64,000 nt of DNA from Nostoc sp. (GCA_036918135.1 JBALDB010000029.1:1-64000), one strand, 5' to 3'. Numbered from the stretch's first letter, positions 1-10,426 are shown. Notes: a model not told the origin generated them from the letters alone. Made by a program: numbers and translations.

Positions 1-500
1 CGCTAAGGGTTGTATTTTTTGAGAGAAAAAACTTGGTTTGTTGATAGCCAGCACTACCTGTACCCTGATTCTTAACTTGATAGCTGACTTGAATGCTACC
101 ACCCACTGACCCAACACCGGGATTGACGGCATTTTGAATAATTAAATCAGCTTTATTAATAGTTATCGCTTTGGCAAAAACGTTGTTAGTTTCATTACTT
201 TCGACAATATCCCCATCGCCATCAGCTTGATACAGCAGGTAATAATTACCTGTGGCAATACTATTGCTGATGCTGAGTGTGGTGGACTCAGAACTGTAAA
301 CACCCGCAGCAATACCACTAATGTATTCATAACCTAAGTAAGTATCTTCATCGCTAAGGGTTGTATTTTTTGAGAGAAAAAACTTGGTTTGTTGATAGCC
401 AGCACTACCTGTACCCTGATTCTTAACTTGATAGCTGACTTGAATGTTACCACCCACTGACCCAACACTGGGATTGACGGCATTTTGGATTATTAAGTCT
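1..500. repeat. 351-bp (117-aa) near-identical intragenic tandem repeat
   Basis: Bases 1-~140 recur almost exactly at 352-~490 (cgctaagggttgtattttttgagagaaaaaacttgg...). Confidence 0.95.
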
Positions 501-805
501 GGTTGAACAGCAACGGCAATAGCGTTCGTACTTGACATTGCTGGAGGCATCGCTTGTGTAACACTTTTGTTACTTTCACTAATGTTATTAACATAGTTAT
601 ACGTTTTATTTTTTACTTCAGAAGTAGAATTTTTATTATAAGTATAACTACTGCAGTCGCTAGCTCTAAAAGTATTGGCACCACTCAAAATAGACCCAGA
701 GTAATTATTAGCATTGTCAAAAATATCAGATGTGTTTGATAATATAAAATTAGCTTTTATATCAGTATTTTTATGAATAGAGTTCTGGCCTTTAGTAAAA
801 AGCAT
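1..805 (-). CDS. CARDB-type (Ig-like) repeat surface/secreted protein, 5' part; runs off the window start
   Basis: Manually translated open frame from ATG at 805 (GAGG upstream): MLFTKGQNS...QPDLIIQNAVNPSVGSVGGNIQVSYQVKNQGTGSAG...YLLYQADGDGDIVESNETNNVFAKAITI, then the unit repeats. DL..., VKNQG and ESNETNN are CARDB-like motifs. Missed by the ORF track because there is no stop in the window. Confidence 0.8.
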   Translation of the reverse strand, partial: MLFTKGQNSIHKNTDIKANFILSNTSDIFDNANNYSGSILSGANTFRASDCSSYTYNKNSTSEVKNKTYNYVNNISESNKSVTQAMPPAMSSTNAIAVAVQPDLIIQNAVNPSVGSVGGNIQVSYQVKNQGTGSAGYQQTKFFLSKNTTLSDEDTYLGYEYISGIAAGVYSSESTTLSISNSIATGNYYLLYQADGDGDIVESNETNNVFAKAITINKADLIIQNAVNPGVGSVGGSIQVSYQVKNQGTGSAGYQQTKFFLSKNTTLS

Positions 806-1236
806 GAGTAATTTAACCTCTTAGTATTCAAGTAAATTTGCACTATAACAAGTACTCAAATCCTAGAGATATAAGAATTGAGCTAAAATACATTTAGTTG
901 TAATATAGTGCGGCAAATATACTTAACTATAAAATCATCTAATTAGCAAGCAATATTACAGTTTTGTACATACTTGTAGAAAATTGCTTTACACCAGACT
1001 ATTTCCTGCTGTTATTATCTCTTGGAAAAATCTCAGCAGTCTTGCCTCATATCTTCAAGAAAATTTACATTATTTAACTGCTCAAATCCTTTTGCTTTAA
1101 GAACTATAATCGGAAAAGTATATTAATACAAAATAGTTAATACAAATACAATTAACTAGAAAAGAAGATAATTTTGTTAAAAATATCGCAGTTTGCTAAA
1201 TTTATGATTCAGATTAAAATCGGGGGTAAAACTCAA

Positions 1237-1842
1237 TTAAGAACGGCTTTTAGTATTTCTAGGTTTAGACCGACGCTTACCACGACTTGTAACTTGACGC
1301 TTTTTAATTTTGGTGGTGGGAAGCAACCCACGAATTCCCTGTTTTTGAAACCGTTTGTATGCCGAACCGCTCCAATCGCTAAGAGAATGACTCATGGCGC
1401 CGAGTTCTAAACCCAAGTAAACAGCGACATATTCAGTATCGTAATCAATGAGCGATCGCCCCACAGTTCTCCCCAAATCTTGCCAAGTGAAACTAAGATT
1501 GCAGAGCTTTTGGGCAATTGCCAAAGCGAAAATTGTCAAAATAGCTAACAAGCATCCCAAATAAAGCACGCGTAGCGTCGTACCAATAATCGGCCCGTGG
1601 GATAAAAAAGAGCGATGACGCAGACTTTTTTGATAAGGTAACCAAATCCAGCGCAAGAAACCCCAACGTTGGTATTGCACAGAATAAATATCTAAATCCG
1701 GGCCAAACATCAATCCGCCAAAGAGAAACCCGCCTGCAACCAACAAAGTCGCATTGCTACTGCGAGTCTGCCAAAAAGTTATACCCGCCACGAACGGCAG
1801 AGCATATAAAGTAATGCGATCGTGCGTCCGACCAGAGGGCAT
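1237..1842 (-). CDS. putative metal-binding membrane protein (DUF2227-like)
   Basis: MPSGRTHD, PDLD, HRSFLSHGPIIGT and MSHSLSD motifs with hydrophobic segments. Confidence 0.8.
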   Translation of the reverse strand: MPSGRTHDRITLYALPFVAGITFWQTRSSNATLLVAGGFLFGGLMFGPDLDIYSVQYQRWGFLRWIWLPYQKSLRHRSFLSHGPIIGTTLRVLYLGCLLAILTIFALAIAQKLCNLSFTWQDLGRTVGRSLIDYDTEYVAVYLGLELGAMSHSLSDWSGSAYKRFQKQGIRGLLPTTKIKKRQVTSRGKRRSKPRNTKSRS

Positions 1843-2162
1843 CTTGAGTCCTGTTAACGATAGCAGGGCGTTGAGCCAGTGCTGAATACTGAGAGATTAT
1901 AAGCTAATACTGTTGGGTTAAACATTTTTTGCTTTTGTGTGTATCCTCCAACTTAAAAATAGAACTGGAGACAAGGCAGACAAAGAACATGCAAAGAAAC
2001 CATTAAATATTATCTTTGTGTGTTTGTGTCGTCTTTTCTATGCTCTTGTCGTGCAATTTATCATATGAGTGTTTAGTTTGAAAACTTTTGATACCTGCGG
2101 TAAGGCGCAAAGCGTGACATAAAAAATATTTTTTTAAAACACTAGCGCAATCAAAAATCTTT

Positions 2163-2171
2163 TGCTATAGT
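2163..2171 (+). promoter_or_regulatory. extended -10 element of tRNA-Val promoter
   Basis: TGCTATAGT (TGn-TATAGT) about 20 nt upstream of the tRNA. Confidence 0.55.
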
Positions 2172-2190
2172 AAATAATTGTGAGACAAAA

Positions 2191-2263
<73 letters not shown>

Positions 2264-2269
2264 TAGACC

Positions 2270-2296
2270 AAAAGTCGCCCTAAAAGGCGGCTTTTT
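2270..2296 (+). terminator. intrinsic terminator after tRNA-Val
   Basis: AAAAGTCGCC-ctaaaa-GGCGGCTTTTT hairpin with T tract. Confidence 0.8.
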
Positions 2297-2453
2297 GATT
2301 GGAAGCATAGGTTACTGTGCACAAGTCGAGCCAGCCGCTTGCTTGAATTCCCCTGTTGTGCGGACTGGCATGGAAGACCAGCCCATATAGGTAGTTCAAC
2401 TTTAGCTGCTGTGATTAATTTAGAGTAAATATTGTTGAGTTTAGCTCTACGAT

Positions 2454-4322
2454 CTAAGCTTCTTCAGAGTCTAAAACATCTGCAAAGTCAAATGTATCTT
2501 CTAAATCTGAAGTTTCTTCTTCCAAATCCAACATCATTTGTTTATGCAAAGGTTCTAACTTAACATCACCTTTTTTAGAAACGTAATTTATCAGCTTGGC
2601 CCAATCTATCTGACCGTTATTCATGAAGTATTGCATGAATTCAAAGGTCATTTCATTAACTTTAGTTTGATATGTAATTTTAAAGAGTTCATCTTTCTTC
2701 TTTGCTTCTCGATCGATTGGTACAATTATTTCTTGATAGAGATTTTCATCGTCTGAAATAAAGTTCCAGAATTCTTGCCCAGCATACTTATAATAAGATT
2801 TGCTTGGATCTGCATCTTCTTTTAAAGGATTACGGTCTTTTCCATACATACAACCATTAACAGCAATAATTTCATCTGTCACACCTTGCTGTCTTAAAGA
2901 TTGCTTCCCTTTTTTAAAATTGTCCTTCATCCTATTTATCTGGTCAGAGTTACCCCAATAAGTTCCAGATTTTATTCCTACTATATAGTAAATTCCATTT
3001 TTCTTAAACTCTAAATCAACACTATTAAGAGTAGATTTAAAGCCACCATATAATGTTTCAGATATATATATAGCAAATTGCTCTAATAAATTGCCAAAAA
3101 TAGTTTCTTCTTGAGACGAAAGAAAAGCATCTACAATACCCTTAACAAAATCTTGAGCAAATTCTATATTTTTTGCTTTAAACAGGTATGGATTCTTACG
3201 TTTGAGAATACTTTTAAGCTGAAGTTTACTCAGCTTTTCAAATCTTTTGTCATAGAAGGGAGTGAGAACGTATTGTATAAGATATTCGTAATAAGCTTCA
3301 TAGTCAAGATTAACCTTATCTTGGTCTTTAATACTCATAGATTGTGTTAATGTTGTAAGTTGAGTATTGAGTTTTGCTTTTTCAATATTTGAAATAGCCA
3401 ATTGAGAATATTCTTTTTGTAACTCAATGCCTATATAGTTTCTACCTAATTCTTTTGCTGCTACACACGTTGTACCAGAACCAAGGAATGGGTCTAGTAC
3501 TGTATCACCTTGCTCAGTAAATAGTTTAATAAACCAAGATGGAAGAGATTTAGGAAATGCTGCACTATGATTTTTATTACCGCACTCTGTTGATAAATGT
3601 AGAACATTGGTTGGATAAGCCATTTTTCGTTCCAACCAATTTGAGATGTTCTTACCAAAACCACTTTCAACTTTAGAATTATCTCTTCTTTTATCAGTAT
3701 CACTCAAGTTCTTAAGCCTAGACTTAGCCCAATCACCCATAGGAACCATAACGCTTTCCTGATACATCTGGAATTTTTTTTGTTTATTGAACTGTATACA
3801 ATGTTCCCAGTCATCAGGAAGTTCTTCTTCAAAATATTGCTTTTTATTAAATTTTATACAGCGTTCCCAAGAATCTCGAAACCGATTAGACCACTTACCA
3901 GGAAAACTATTTTTTTTATGCCAAATATACTCTTCAGTCCATAACCAACCTTGATTTTGCATTTCTAAAATTAGCTTGATGACGTAGTTATGCCTTTGCC
4001 CGTTAACCACTTTTTCTTTAATATTAAGAATGAACGTTCCATCTGGTTTTAAAACTCTTTTTAATTCTTGAGAAATCGGTAGAAACCAACTTACATACTG
4101 ATCTGGCGTAATGCCACCATATGTCTTCTTGCGGCTGTCAGCATAGGGAGGAGACGTAACAATTAAGTCAACAATGCCCTCTGGCATATGCTTCAATACT
4201 TTTAGACAATCACCAAGAATAACTTTACTATTCCAACTTTGCACATTAGCTGCTTCTATCTCCGTCAAATCTGTAATTAGTTTTACCTCTGGTATATCAA
4301 TGCTCAAATCTACTTCAGGCAT
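2454..4322 (-). CDS. fused amino-DNA methyltransferase (beta class, likely N4mC) and type II restriction endonuclease (PmeII/EcoO109I-like)
   Basis: N-half has DLIVTSPPY (motif IV) before VLDPFLGSGTT (motif I). C-half has RKNPYLF, SSQEETIFGNLLE, VDLEF...IKSG..WGNSDQ, a PD-(D/E)xK-like REase. One uninterrupted 622-aa frame. Confidence 0.8.
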   Translation of the reverse strand: MPEVDLSIDIPEVKLITDLTEIEAANVQSWNSKVILGDCLKVLKHMPEGIVDLIVTSPPYADSRKKTYGGITPDQYVSWFLPISQELKRVLKPDGTFILNIKEKVVNGQRHNYVIKLILEMQNQGWLWTEEYIWHKKNSFPGKWSNRFRDSWERCIKFNKKQYFEEELPDDWEHCIQFNKQKKFQMYQESVMVPMGDWAKSRLKNLSDTDKRRDNSKVESGFGKNISNWLERKMAYPTNVLHLSTECGNKNHSAAFPKSLPSWFIKLFTEQGDTVLDPFLGSGTTCVAAKELGRNYIGIELQKEYSQLAISNIEKAKLNTQLTTLTQSMSIKDQDKVNLDYEAYYEYLIQYVLTPFYDKRFEKLSKLQLKSILKRKNPYLFKAKNIEFAQDFVKGIVDAFLSSQEETIFGNLLEQFAIYISETLYGGFKSTLNSVDLEFKKNGIYYIVGIKSGTYWGNSDQINRMKDNFKKGKQSLRQQGVTDEIIAVNGCMYGKDRNPLKEDADPSKSYYKYAGQEFWNFISDDENLYQEIIVPIDREAKKKDELFKITYQTKVNEMTFEFMQYFMNNGQIDWAKLINYVSKKGDVKLEPLHKQMMLDLEEETSDLEDTFDFADVLDSEEA

Positions 4323-4560
4323 GGCTTTGAGTTGTAGTAAATATAATCTCTATGCTAATAAATACCCTAACTATGGTAGTTAGGATATTTGGCTGCTGAA
4401 TATGTAAAATTTAGTCTAGCCTAAATATTACATATTATTAATTGTATGTTGAGGATTTCTGAGGACAGATGCTCATTCTGAGTAGAAGATCCTGAACTCT
4501 TTTTTGATACTATATTTTTGATACTATGGTAAATCTGACTCCTTAAACACCGATTGACGT

Positions 4561-5964
4561 ATGAGCAAAGGTACCTTATTCGATAAAGTTTGGGACTTAC
4601 ACACCGTTGGTACACTTCCCTCAGGGCTGACACAACTCTTTATTGGGCTTCACCTCATTCATGAAGTCACCAGTCCCCAAGCCTTTGCTATGTTACGTGA
4701 GAGAAATTTAAAAGTACTTTTTCCTGAGCGTACCGTGGCGACGGTAGACCACATTGTTCCTACAGAAAATCAGGCGCGTCCTTTTGTCGATCCCTTGGCA
4801 GAGGAAATGATTAAGGCGCTAGAGCAGAATTGTCAAGAAAATAATATAACTTTTTACAATATTGGTTCTGGCAGTCAAGGTATAGTTCATGTCATCGCCC
4901 CCGAACAGGGACTTACCCAGCCAGGAATGACGATCGCTTGTGGAGATAGCCACACATCAAGTCATGGTGCATTTGGGGCGATCGCATTTGGTATCGGTAC
5001 TAGCCAAGTGCGGGATGTTCTCGCTTCCCAAACCCTGGCCCTCTCGAAACTAAAAGTCCGCAAAATCGAAGTTAACGGCACTCTCAACGCTGGTGTATAC
5101 GCCAAAGATGTGATTTTACATATCATTCATACCCTTGGTGTTAAAGGTGGCGTGGGCTATGCTTACGAATTTGCAGGTACCACCTTTGAACAAATGAACA
5201 TGGAAGAGAGGATGACAGTCTGCAATATGGCGATCGAAGGTGGTGCCAGATGCGGCTACGTCAATCCGGATCGAGTTACCTACGATTACCTGCAAGGTAG
5301 AGATTTTGCCCCCAAAGGTGCAGATTGGGACAAAGCAGTAGCTTGGTGGGAATCCATCAAAAGTGATGCCGATGCCCAGTATGACGATGTAGTTGTATTT
5401 GAGGCTGGCCAAATTCCTCCCACCGTCACCTGGGGAATTACTCCCGGTCAAGGTATCGGTGTTAACCAGTTTGTTCCTCAGCCAGAAGAACTGCCCGAAG
5501 AAGACCGCTTTGTTGCCGAAGAAGCCTACCGCTACATGGATTTATACCCCGGTCAACCCATTAAAGGCACGAAAATCGATGTCTGCTTTATTGGTAGTTG
5601 CACCAACGGCAGAATTAGCGATTTACGGGAAGCTGCTAAAATTGCCAATGGTCGTCACGTTGCCGAGGGAGTCAAAGCCTTTGTCGTCCCTGGTTCCGAA
5701 CGGGTCAAGCAAGAAGCGGAAGCTGAAGGACTAGACAAAATCTTCACTGAAGCTGGATTTGAATGGCGCGAACCTGGATGTTCCATGTGTCTGGCAATGA
5801 ACCCCGACAAATTACAGGGAAGACAAATCAGCGCCTCTTCTTCTAACCGCAACTTTAAAGGAAGGCAAGGTTCCTCCTCTGGTCGCACATTATTGATGAG
5901 TCCGGCGATGGTAGCTAGTGCTGCTATTAAAGGTGAAGTCTCTGATGTGCGTGAGTTGTTGTAA
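4561..5964 (+). CDS. leuC: 3-isopropylmalate dehydratase large subunit
   Basis: [41 protein letters not shown]. Confidence 0.98.
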   Translation: MSKGTLFDKVWDLHTVGTLPSGLTQLFIGLHLIHEVTSPQAFAMLRERNLKVLFPERTVATVDHIVPTENQARPFVDPLAEEMIKALEQNCQENNITFYNIGSGSQGIVHVIAPEQGLTQPGMTIACGDSHTSSHGAFGAIAFGIGTSQVRDVLASQTLALSKLKVRKIEVNGTLNAGVYAKDVILHIIHTLGVKGGVGYAYEFAGTTFEQMNMEERMTVCNMAIEGGARCGYVNPDRVTYDYLQGRDFAPKGADWDKAVAWWESIKSDADAQYDDVVVFEAGQIPPTVTWGITPGQGIGVNQFVPQPEELPEEDRFVAEEAYRYMDLYPGQPIKGTKIDVCFIGSCTNGRISDLREAAKIANGRHVAEGVKAFVVPGSERVKQEAEAEGLDKIFTEAGFEWREPGCSMCLAMNPDKLQGRQISASSSNRNFKGRQGSSSGRTLLMSPAMVASAAIKGEVSDVRELL

Positions 5965-5980
5965 TTTTAGAAATTGAGTA

Positions 5981-6150
5981 TAGGGCAAACAGGGAGTGTG
6001 GGAGGAAAAGGAGGTGTGGGAGGATGAGGAAGAAATCTTGCCCCCCTCTGTGCCCACACTCCTCACACTCCCCTGTCCCCCCTCTCTCCCCACACTTCCC
6101 CATCTCCTTATCCCCCTCATCTCGCCCAATCCCCAGTCCCTAATCCCCAA
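5981..6150 (+). repeat. mirror-hairpin dispersed repeat, copy 1 (leuC-leuD spacer)
   Basis: GGGCAAACAGGGAGTGTGGGAGG...GGAAGAAATCTTGCCCCC...CCCCACACT arms, followed by CCCCAAT/CCCCAGT STRR heptamers. Confidence 0.85.
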
Positions 6151-6158
6151 TTTTTAAT

Positions 6159-6767
6159 ATGGTAAGTGAAGTTAAAACAGTTTCAGGGCGCGGTATACCT
6201 TTAGTAGGCAACGATATAGATACCGATCGCATTATTCCAGCGCGCTATTTAAAAGCCGTTACCTTTGATGGCTTAGGTGAAGGCGCGTTTATCGACGATA
6301 GGACAGCACTTAAAGGCGAACATCCCTTCGATCAACCCCAGTACCAAGGGGCAAATATTTTAATAGTCAATAGAAATTTTGGCTGTGGTTCATCACGAGA
6401 ACATGCACCACAAGCGATCGCTAAATGGGGAATTCAAGCTTTAATAGGTGAAAGCTTTGCCGAAATCTTTTTCGGGAACTGTGTGGCAATGGGGATACCT
6501 TGTGTGACAGCCGATGCTGCTAAAGTCAAACAATTGCAAGAGTTAGTAACTGCCGATCCCCAAGCAAATGTCACAGTGAATTTAGAAACTTTGCAAGTGC
6601 AAATTGCTGATTACACTACCCCAGTTTTCATTGGTGAAGGTACAAGAAGTACCTTTATTTCTGGGACGTGGGACGCTTGCGGTCAGTTAGTAGCTAACGC
6701 TGACCAAGTTCGGGCAACGGTGGTAAAATTACCCTACGTAAGTTGGGGCAATTTAGTCGCGAGTTAG
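6159..6767 (+). CDS. leuD: 3-isopropylmalate dehydratase small subunit
   Basis: [25 protein letters not shown]. Confidence 0.98.
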   Translation: MVSEVKTVSGRGIPLVGNDIDTDRIIPARYLKAVTFDGLGEGAFIDDRTALKGEHPFDQPQYQGANILIVNRNFGCGSSREHAPQAIAKWGIQALIGESFAEIFFGNCVAMGIPCVTADAAKVKQLQELVTADPQANVTVNLETLQVQIADYTTPVFIGEGTRSTFISGTWDACGQLVANADQVRATVVKLPYVSWGNLVAS

Positions 6768-6900
6768 CATTTCCTCATTCCGTGGCTCTGCTGGGGAATG
6801 TTAATTTATAGCTTTATTTGCATTATTCAGCTAGAGCTAACAATAGCCTGATCTATTTCAGATTTGGCATAGTAGATATACAGCCAAGTAATTCTAGACT

Positions 6901-8835
6901 ATGCCATTAATAAACCCTCCTCTGACTAAAGAAGATTTCATTAACTCTCGCTGGCAGGACGTGGTTAATAGCAGCGAGAGAAAAGAGTGTCTTGCTTACA
7001 ACAGAGTCTTCTGGAACAAGGTACAGGAAGCAAAAGAGGCAGGAAATATCAGAGAACAGTTTGTCTTTGAGATTCTGGCGTTCGTGACTGGTGCTGCAAT
7101 TAAGCCAGAATCAACAGAGGAGTTTTTTGCTAATGTTTTCCAAAATCTTACTGATGAACATTTAAATTTTCTTACTGAAATTGCTCCTGAAGTATCAGAC
7201 CCAGAACTGCAAGCAAGAATTGCGGACATTCTCTGGGTTAAAAAGCGCAATTATCGGATGGCACAGTTAGCAGTTACAGCCTACTTACAATCTGCCACAG
7301 AATTAGAAGATCCTGAAAAGTGGAATCGGTGTTTCGAGAGGATTGAACGGGCACTTCGGCTAGCACGCAAAATTAATTATCAAGCTGAATTAGTTGTTGC
7401 CCACATTGAGGCAGTTCTTAATCGCTACAACGGAGAAGATCCACTATGGCTGTCAGCAAAGCTTATGGAGCTTTTACAAGAATACAAACTTGGTAATCCA
7501 ACTAAATATGCTGCTCTTGCGGAGAAAGCTGCAACCCTAGCAGAATCAAATAATGATTGGCATAGGGCTAGAAACTATTGGGAAATTAAAGCACAATGGT
7601 ATCGTTTTGAAAAAGATGAAGAGAAGGAACGTACAGCGCAAATGCAGGCGGCTGAAACTTATATAAAAGAAGCTGAAGATAGCCTTAAGAGTACAGATAC
7701 AAGCTATCTACGTGCATCACATTTTATGGAGAAAGCTTTTGAAGCTTTTATGAATGTCCGAGGTAATAAGCAAGAAACTATTGCTGCTAAGAAAAAAGCT
7801 GACGAGGTTCGCAAGCTTCTTAGCCAATATCAACACCAATCCTTAAATGAGTTAGTTCCAATTTCTCATGAGACAGATATTAGTGTTCAGGTGGAGATAG
7901 CCAGATCGCACGTTAAAGGTAAAGGATTTTATAATGCACTTTTTTCTCTAGCATTTCTAGGAACACCACCTAAAGTGTCTCAGCTTAGACAAGAAGTCTT
8001 GGAAATAGCTGTTGAAAATCCCATATATCATTTATTCCCATCTTCAATGATTAATCAGATGGGTAAAGTTGTAGCTCGTCAACCCAAGTTAGGCTTATCC
8101 AATAATCCAGAGGAGGTAGAAGAATCAATTCGTTTTGAAATGTATAAAAATGCAATCTACTATCAACAACTTCAGGCTCTAGCTTATACTGAGCCAGCAA
8201 AGTATCAAATAAATTTTGAACATAATGTACAAGTAAAAGACTTATTTCCAATTGTTTCAAATAACCCATTTGTGCCACCAGGTAGAGAACAGCAGTTTGC
8301 GAAAGGGCTTTATGCTGGATTAACCGGAGATTTCTTTACATCAACTCATATTCTCATTCCTCAAATTGAAAATTCTGTTCGTTATTTACTCAGAAAGCAC
8401 GGTGCGCTACCCTCAAAAATTGATATCGATAAGGGAATTGAAGATGAACGCGATTTGAATACTACTCTTTTCCCCCGCAACTATCCACAAATAAACTTAA
8501 TTTTTGATGAAGATACGCTTTTTGATCTCCAAGGTTTGTTAATTGAGCGTTTAGGTTCAAATTTAAGAAACCGTATGGCTCACGGTTTAATTAATGATGG
8601 TGAGTTCAACAGCCCTATCATGTCTTACTTATGGTGGGTCACATTACGGCTTTGTTGTTTACCAATCTTGAAACAGCAACAAAAGGTTGAAGAGTCCAAT
8701 CCTTGGGTAAAATTTGATGGTATTTTCAAAGATGACCCACTTTTTGATGATTTTGTAGAAGATATGGCTGCAAATCGACGCGAATTAGATGCAGAAGTCG
8801 CTGCTTATGAAGCTTCTTTAGAGGAGAATCAGTAA
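6901..8835 (+). CDS. DUF4209-like HEPN-motif protein with helical N-region and antitoxin-like C-terminal tail
   Basis: HILIPQIENSVR...GSNLRNRMAHG (RxxxxH at 8566-8583). Tail NPWVKFDGIFKDDPLFDDFVEDMAANRRELD. Confidence 0.7.
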   Translation: MPLINPPLTKEDFINSRWQDVVNSSERKECLAYNRVFWNKVQEAKEAGNIREQFVFEILAFVTGAAIKPESTEEFFANVFQNLTDEHLNFLTEIAPEVSDPELQARIADILWVKKRNYRMAQLAVTAYLQSATELEDPEKWNRCFERIERALRLARKINYQAELVVAHIEAVLNRYNGEDPLWLSAKLMELLQEYKLGNPTKYAALAEKAATLAESNNDWHRARNYWEIKAQWYRFEKDEEKERTAQMQAAETYIKEAEDSLKSTDTSYLRASHFMEKAFEAFMNVRGNKQETIAAKKKADEVRKLLSQYQHQSLNELVPISHETDISVQVEIARSHVKGKGFYNALFSLAFLGTPPKVSQLRQEVLEIAVENPIYHLFPSSMINQMGKVVARQPKLGLSNNPEEVEESIRFEMYKNAIYYQQLQALAYTEPAKYQINFEHNVQVKDLFPIVSNNPFVPPGREQQFAKGLYAGLTGDFFTSTHILIPQIENSVRYLLRKHGALPSKIDIDKGIEDERDLNTTLFPRNYPQINLIFDEDTLFDLQGLLIERLGSNLRNRMAHGLINDGEFNSPIMSYLWWVTLRLCCLPILKQQQKVEESNPWVKFDGIFKDDPLFDDFVEDMAANRRELDAEVAAYEASLEENQ

Positions 8836-8837
8836 GC

Positions 8838-9266
8838 TTGAGCCAATATATCCTCGATACTGATCATGTTACTCTTTCTCAACATGGTAATTCTAAAATT
8901 TTAGAACGCGCTCAAGCTGTTGGAACTTCCAACATATTTATTACAACAGTCACATTAGAAGAACAATTAAAAGGTAGATTAGCTTCTATCAGCAAATGTG
9001 CTACTAAATCAGAACTGCTAGCAGTTGCTTATCGAAATTTGCGAATAACCCAGATTTACTTTTGTAGTATGAATTTGCTGGATTTCGATGATACAGCATA
9101 CAGTTGCTACCAAAGTTTGCGCCAGCAAAGAATCCAGATAGGCACACAAGACTTAAGAATTGCTGCGATCGCTCTAGCTAACGAAGCAATTTTAGTTACC
9201 CGCAATCAAAGAGATTTTAGCAAAGTTCCTAATTTATGTCTTGAAGATTGGACTATGGATGGGTAG
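8838..9266 (+). CDS. PIN-domain (VapC-family) toxin
   Basis: YILDTDHV, TLEEQ, GTQDLRIAAIAL, LVTRNQRDF. TTG start 2 nt after the upstream stop, with GAGGAG RBS. Confidence 0.9.
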   Translation: MSQYILDTDHVTLSQHGNSKILERAQAVGTSNIFITTVTLEEQLKGRLASISKCATKSELLAVAYRNLRITQIYFCSMNLLDFDDTAYSCYQSLRQQRIQIGTQDLRIAAIALANEAILVTRNQRDFSKVPNLCLEDWTMDG

Positions 9267-9367
9267 TCTTAAAAACTGAATCAAGTTATATCAATTGCAA
9301 CAAATTGATTCACTACATCCAGATTTTATCGAGGTTATTCCAATCTAATATCCCAAATTGTATAATT

Positions 9368-10426
9368 TTAATCTTGAGTTTTTTGTTGACAACTTCCATT
9401 AAAGTTAAAATCTTGACATTCTTTGCTTTCCAGCAATTGCCTGACTGTAATACCAGGCTGACAACTCATCAAAGTTGCCCCTAAAGTAGCTAGTGCGATC
9501 GCAGTAGTAATTCCCAGTATGGTAGCTCGTTTTAAAGGTTTAATTATCCTAACTAAATTTTTTATTCCAGTATCACTATTAACAACCTCAATTGGCTTGA
9601 GTGCTGCCAATGCAATATTCGCATTGGCATAGCGACGTTTGTGATTGCGTTCCACCATTTTCATTAACCACGACTCAAAACGCGGACTAATTTGAGGCAC
9701 TAATTTTTGAAAATTAAAGCGATAATTATCATCAATTAACTTTCCAATATCAACAGAACGAGTATTAGTAAGTAAGCAAATCAGCGTTGCTCCTAAACTA
9801 TATAAGTCTGAGGCTTCAGTTAGCAGATGACCAAATTGTTCTTCTGGTGGCATGAAGCCTGGAGTTCCCGTTACAAAGCTGCTAAGAATTATTTTTGTAT
9901 CCTGTATCCTAGCTAAACCGAAATCAACTAGGTAAGCATTTAATTGCTCATCTATTAAAATATTCTCTGGTTTGATATCTCGATGGATAATTGGGGGAAC
10001 TTGCTTTTGTAAATAAACTAAAATTTCTAATATTGATAGAGCAATTTGCTTGATTTTTTCAGGATGAAAGCTGCCTTTTGAACTTAAGGATGGGGCATTT
10101 TTGTATTCCTGTACTAGATAAAAAACCCCAGGCATTTCAAACGAATCTATATAGCGAGGGATGCGCGAATGATTCAGTTGTTGCAAAATTTCAATTTCGC
10201 GCTCATAGGCTTTCACACCCGACCAGTCAGCACTCACATTAGCGAAACAAAACTCTTTAATTACGACCTGTTGATTAGAGTTGAGGACTTTAGCTAGGTA
10301 AGTAATGCGTCCCCCTTCTCTATTGCGTCCTAGTTCGTTGATGACTTGATAACCTTGTTTGAAAAAATCTGGATGGTGATTTAGGGGAATTACCTGTTTA
10401 TGTCCATTACGCACATCAAGCTCCAT
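9368..10426 (-). CDS. Ser/Thr protein kinase with C-terminal TM segment, possibly C-terminally truncated
   Basis: VVIKEF, HRDIKPEN, DFG, GTPGFMPPEE, SDLYSLG. Start could be the TTG at 10438. Confidence 0.9.
   Translation of the reverse strand: MELDVRNGHKQVIPLNHHPDFFKQGYQVINELGRNREGGRITYLAKVLNSNQQVVIKEFCFANVSADWSGVKAYEREIEILQQLNHSRIPRYIDSFEMPGVFYLVQEYKNAPSLSSKGSFHPEKIKQIALSILEILVYLQKQVPPIIHRDIKPENILIDEQLNAYLVDFGLARIQDTKIILSSFVTGTPGFMPPEEQFGHLLTEASDLYSLGATLICLLTNTRSVDIGKLIDDNYRFNFQKLVPQISPRFESWLMKMVERNHKRRYANANIALAALKPIEVVNSDTGIKNLVRIIKPLKRATILGITTAIALATLGATLMSCQPGITVRQLLESKECQDFNFNGSCQQKTQD

Noticed and set aside
2310..2410. Sequence after tRNA-Val as an att site or integrase remnant
   Set aside because: No duplicate of the tRNA 3' end found and no recognisable integrase residues.
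4330..4560. Leucine attenuator upstream of leuC
   Set aside because: No Leu-rich leader peptide or terminator/antiterminator structure seen.
5890..6150. Short ORFs over the G/C-rich repeats (also 32055-32355, 52574-52829)
   Set aside because: Low-complexity translations of the dispersed repeat, not genes.
9368..10426. Ser/Thr kinase as the missing kinase of the Mokosh-like locus
   Set aside because: It is 6 kb away, on the opposite strand, membrane-anchored and separated by unrelated genes.
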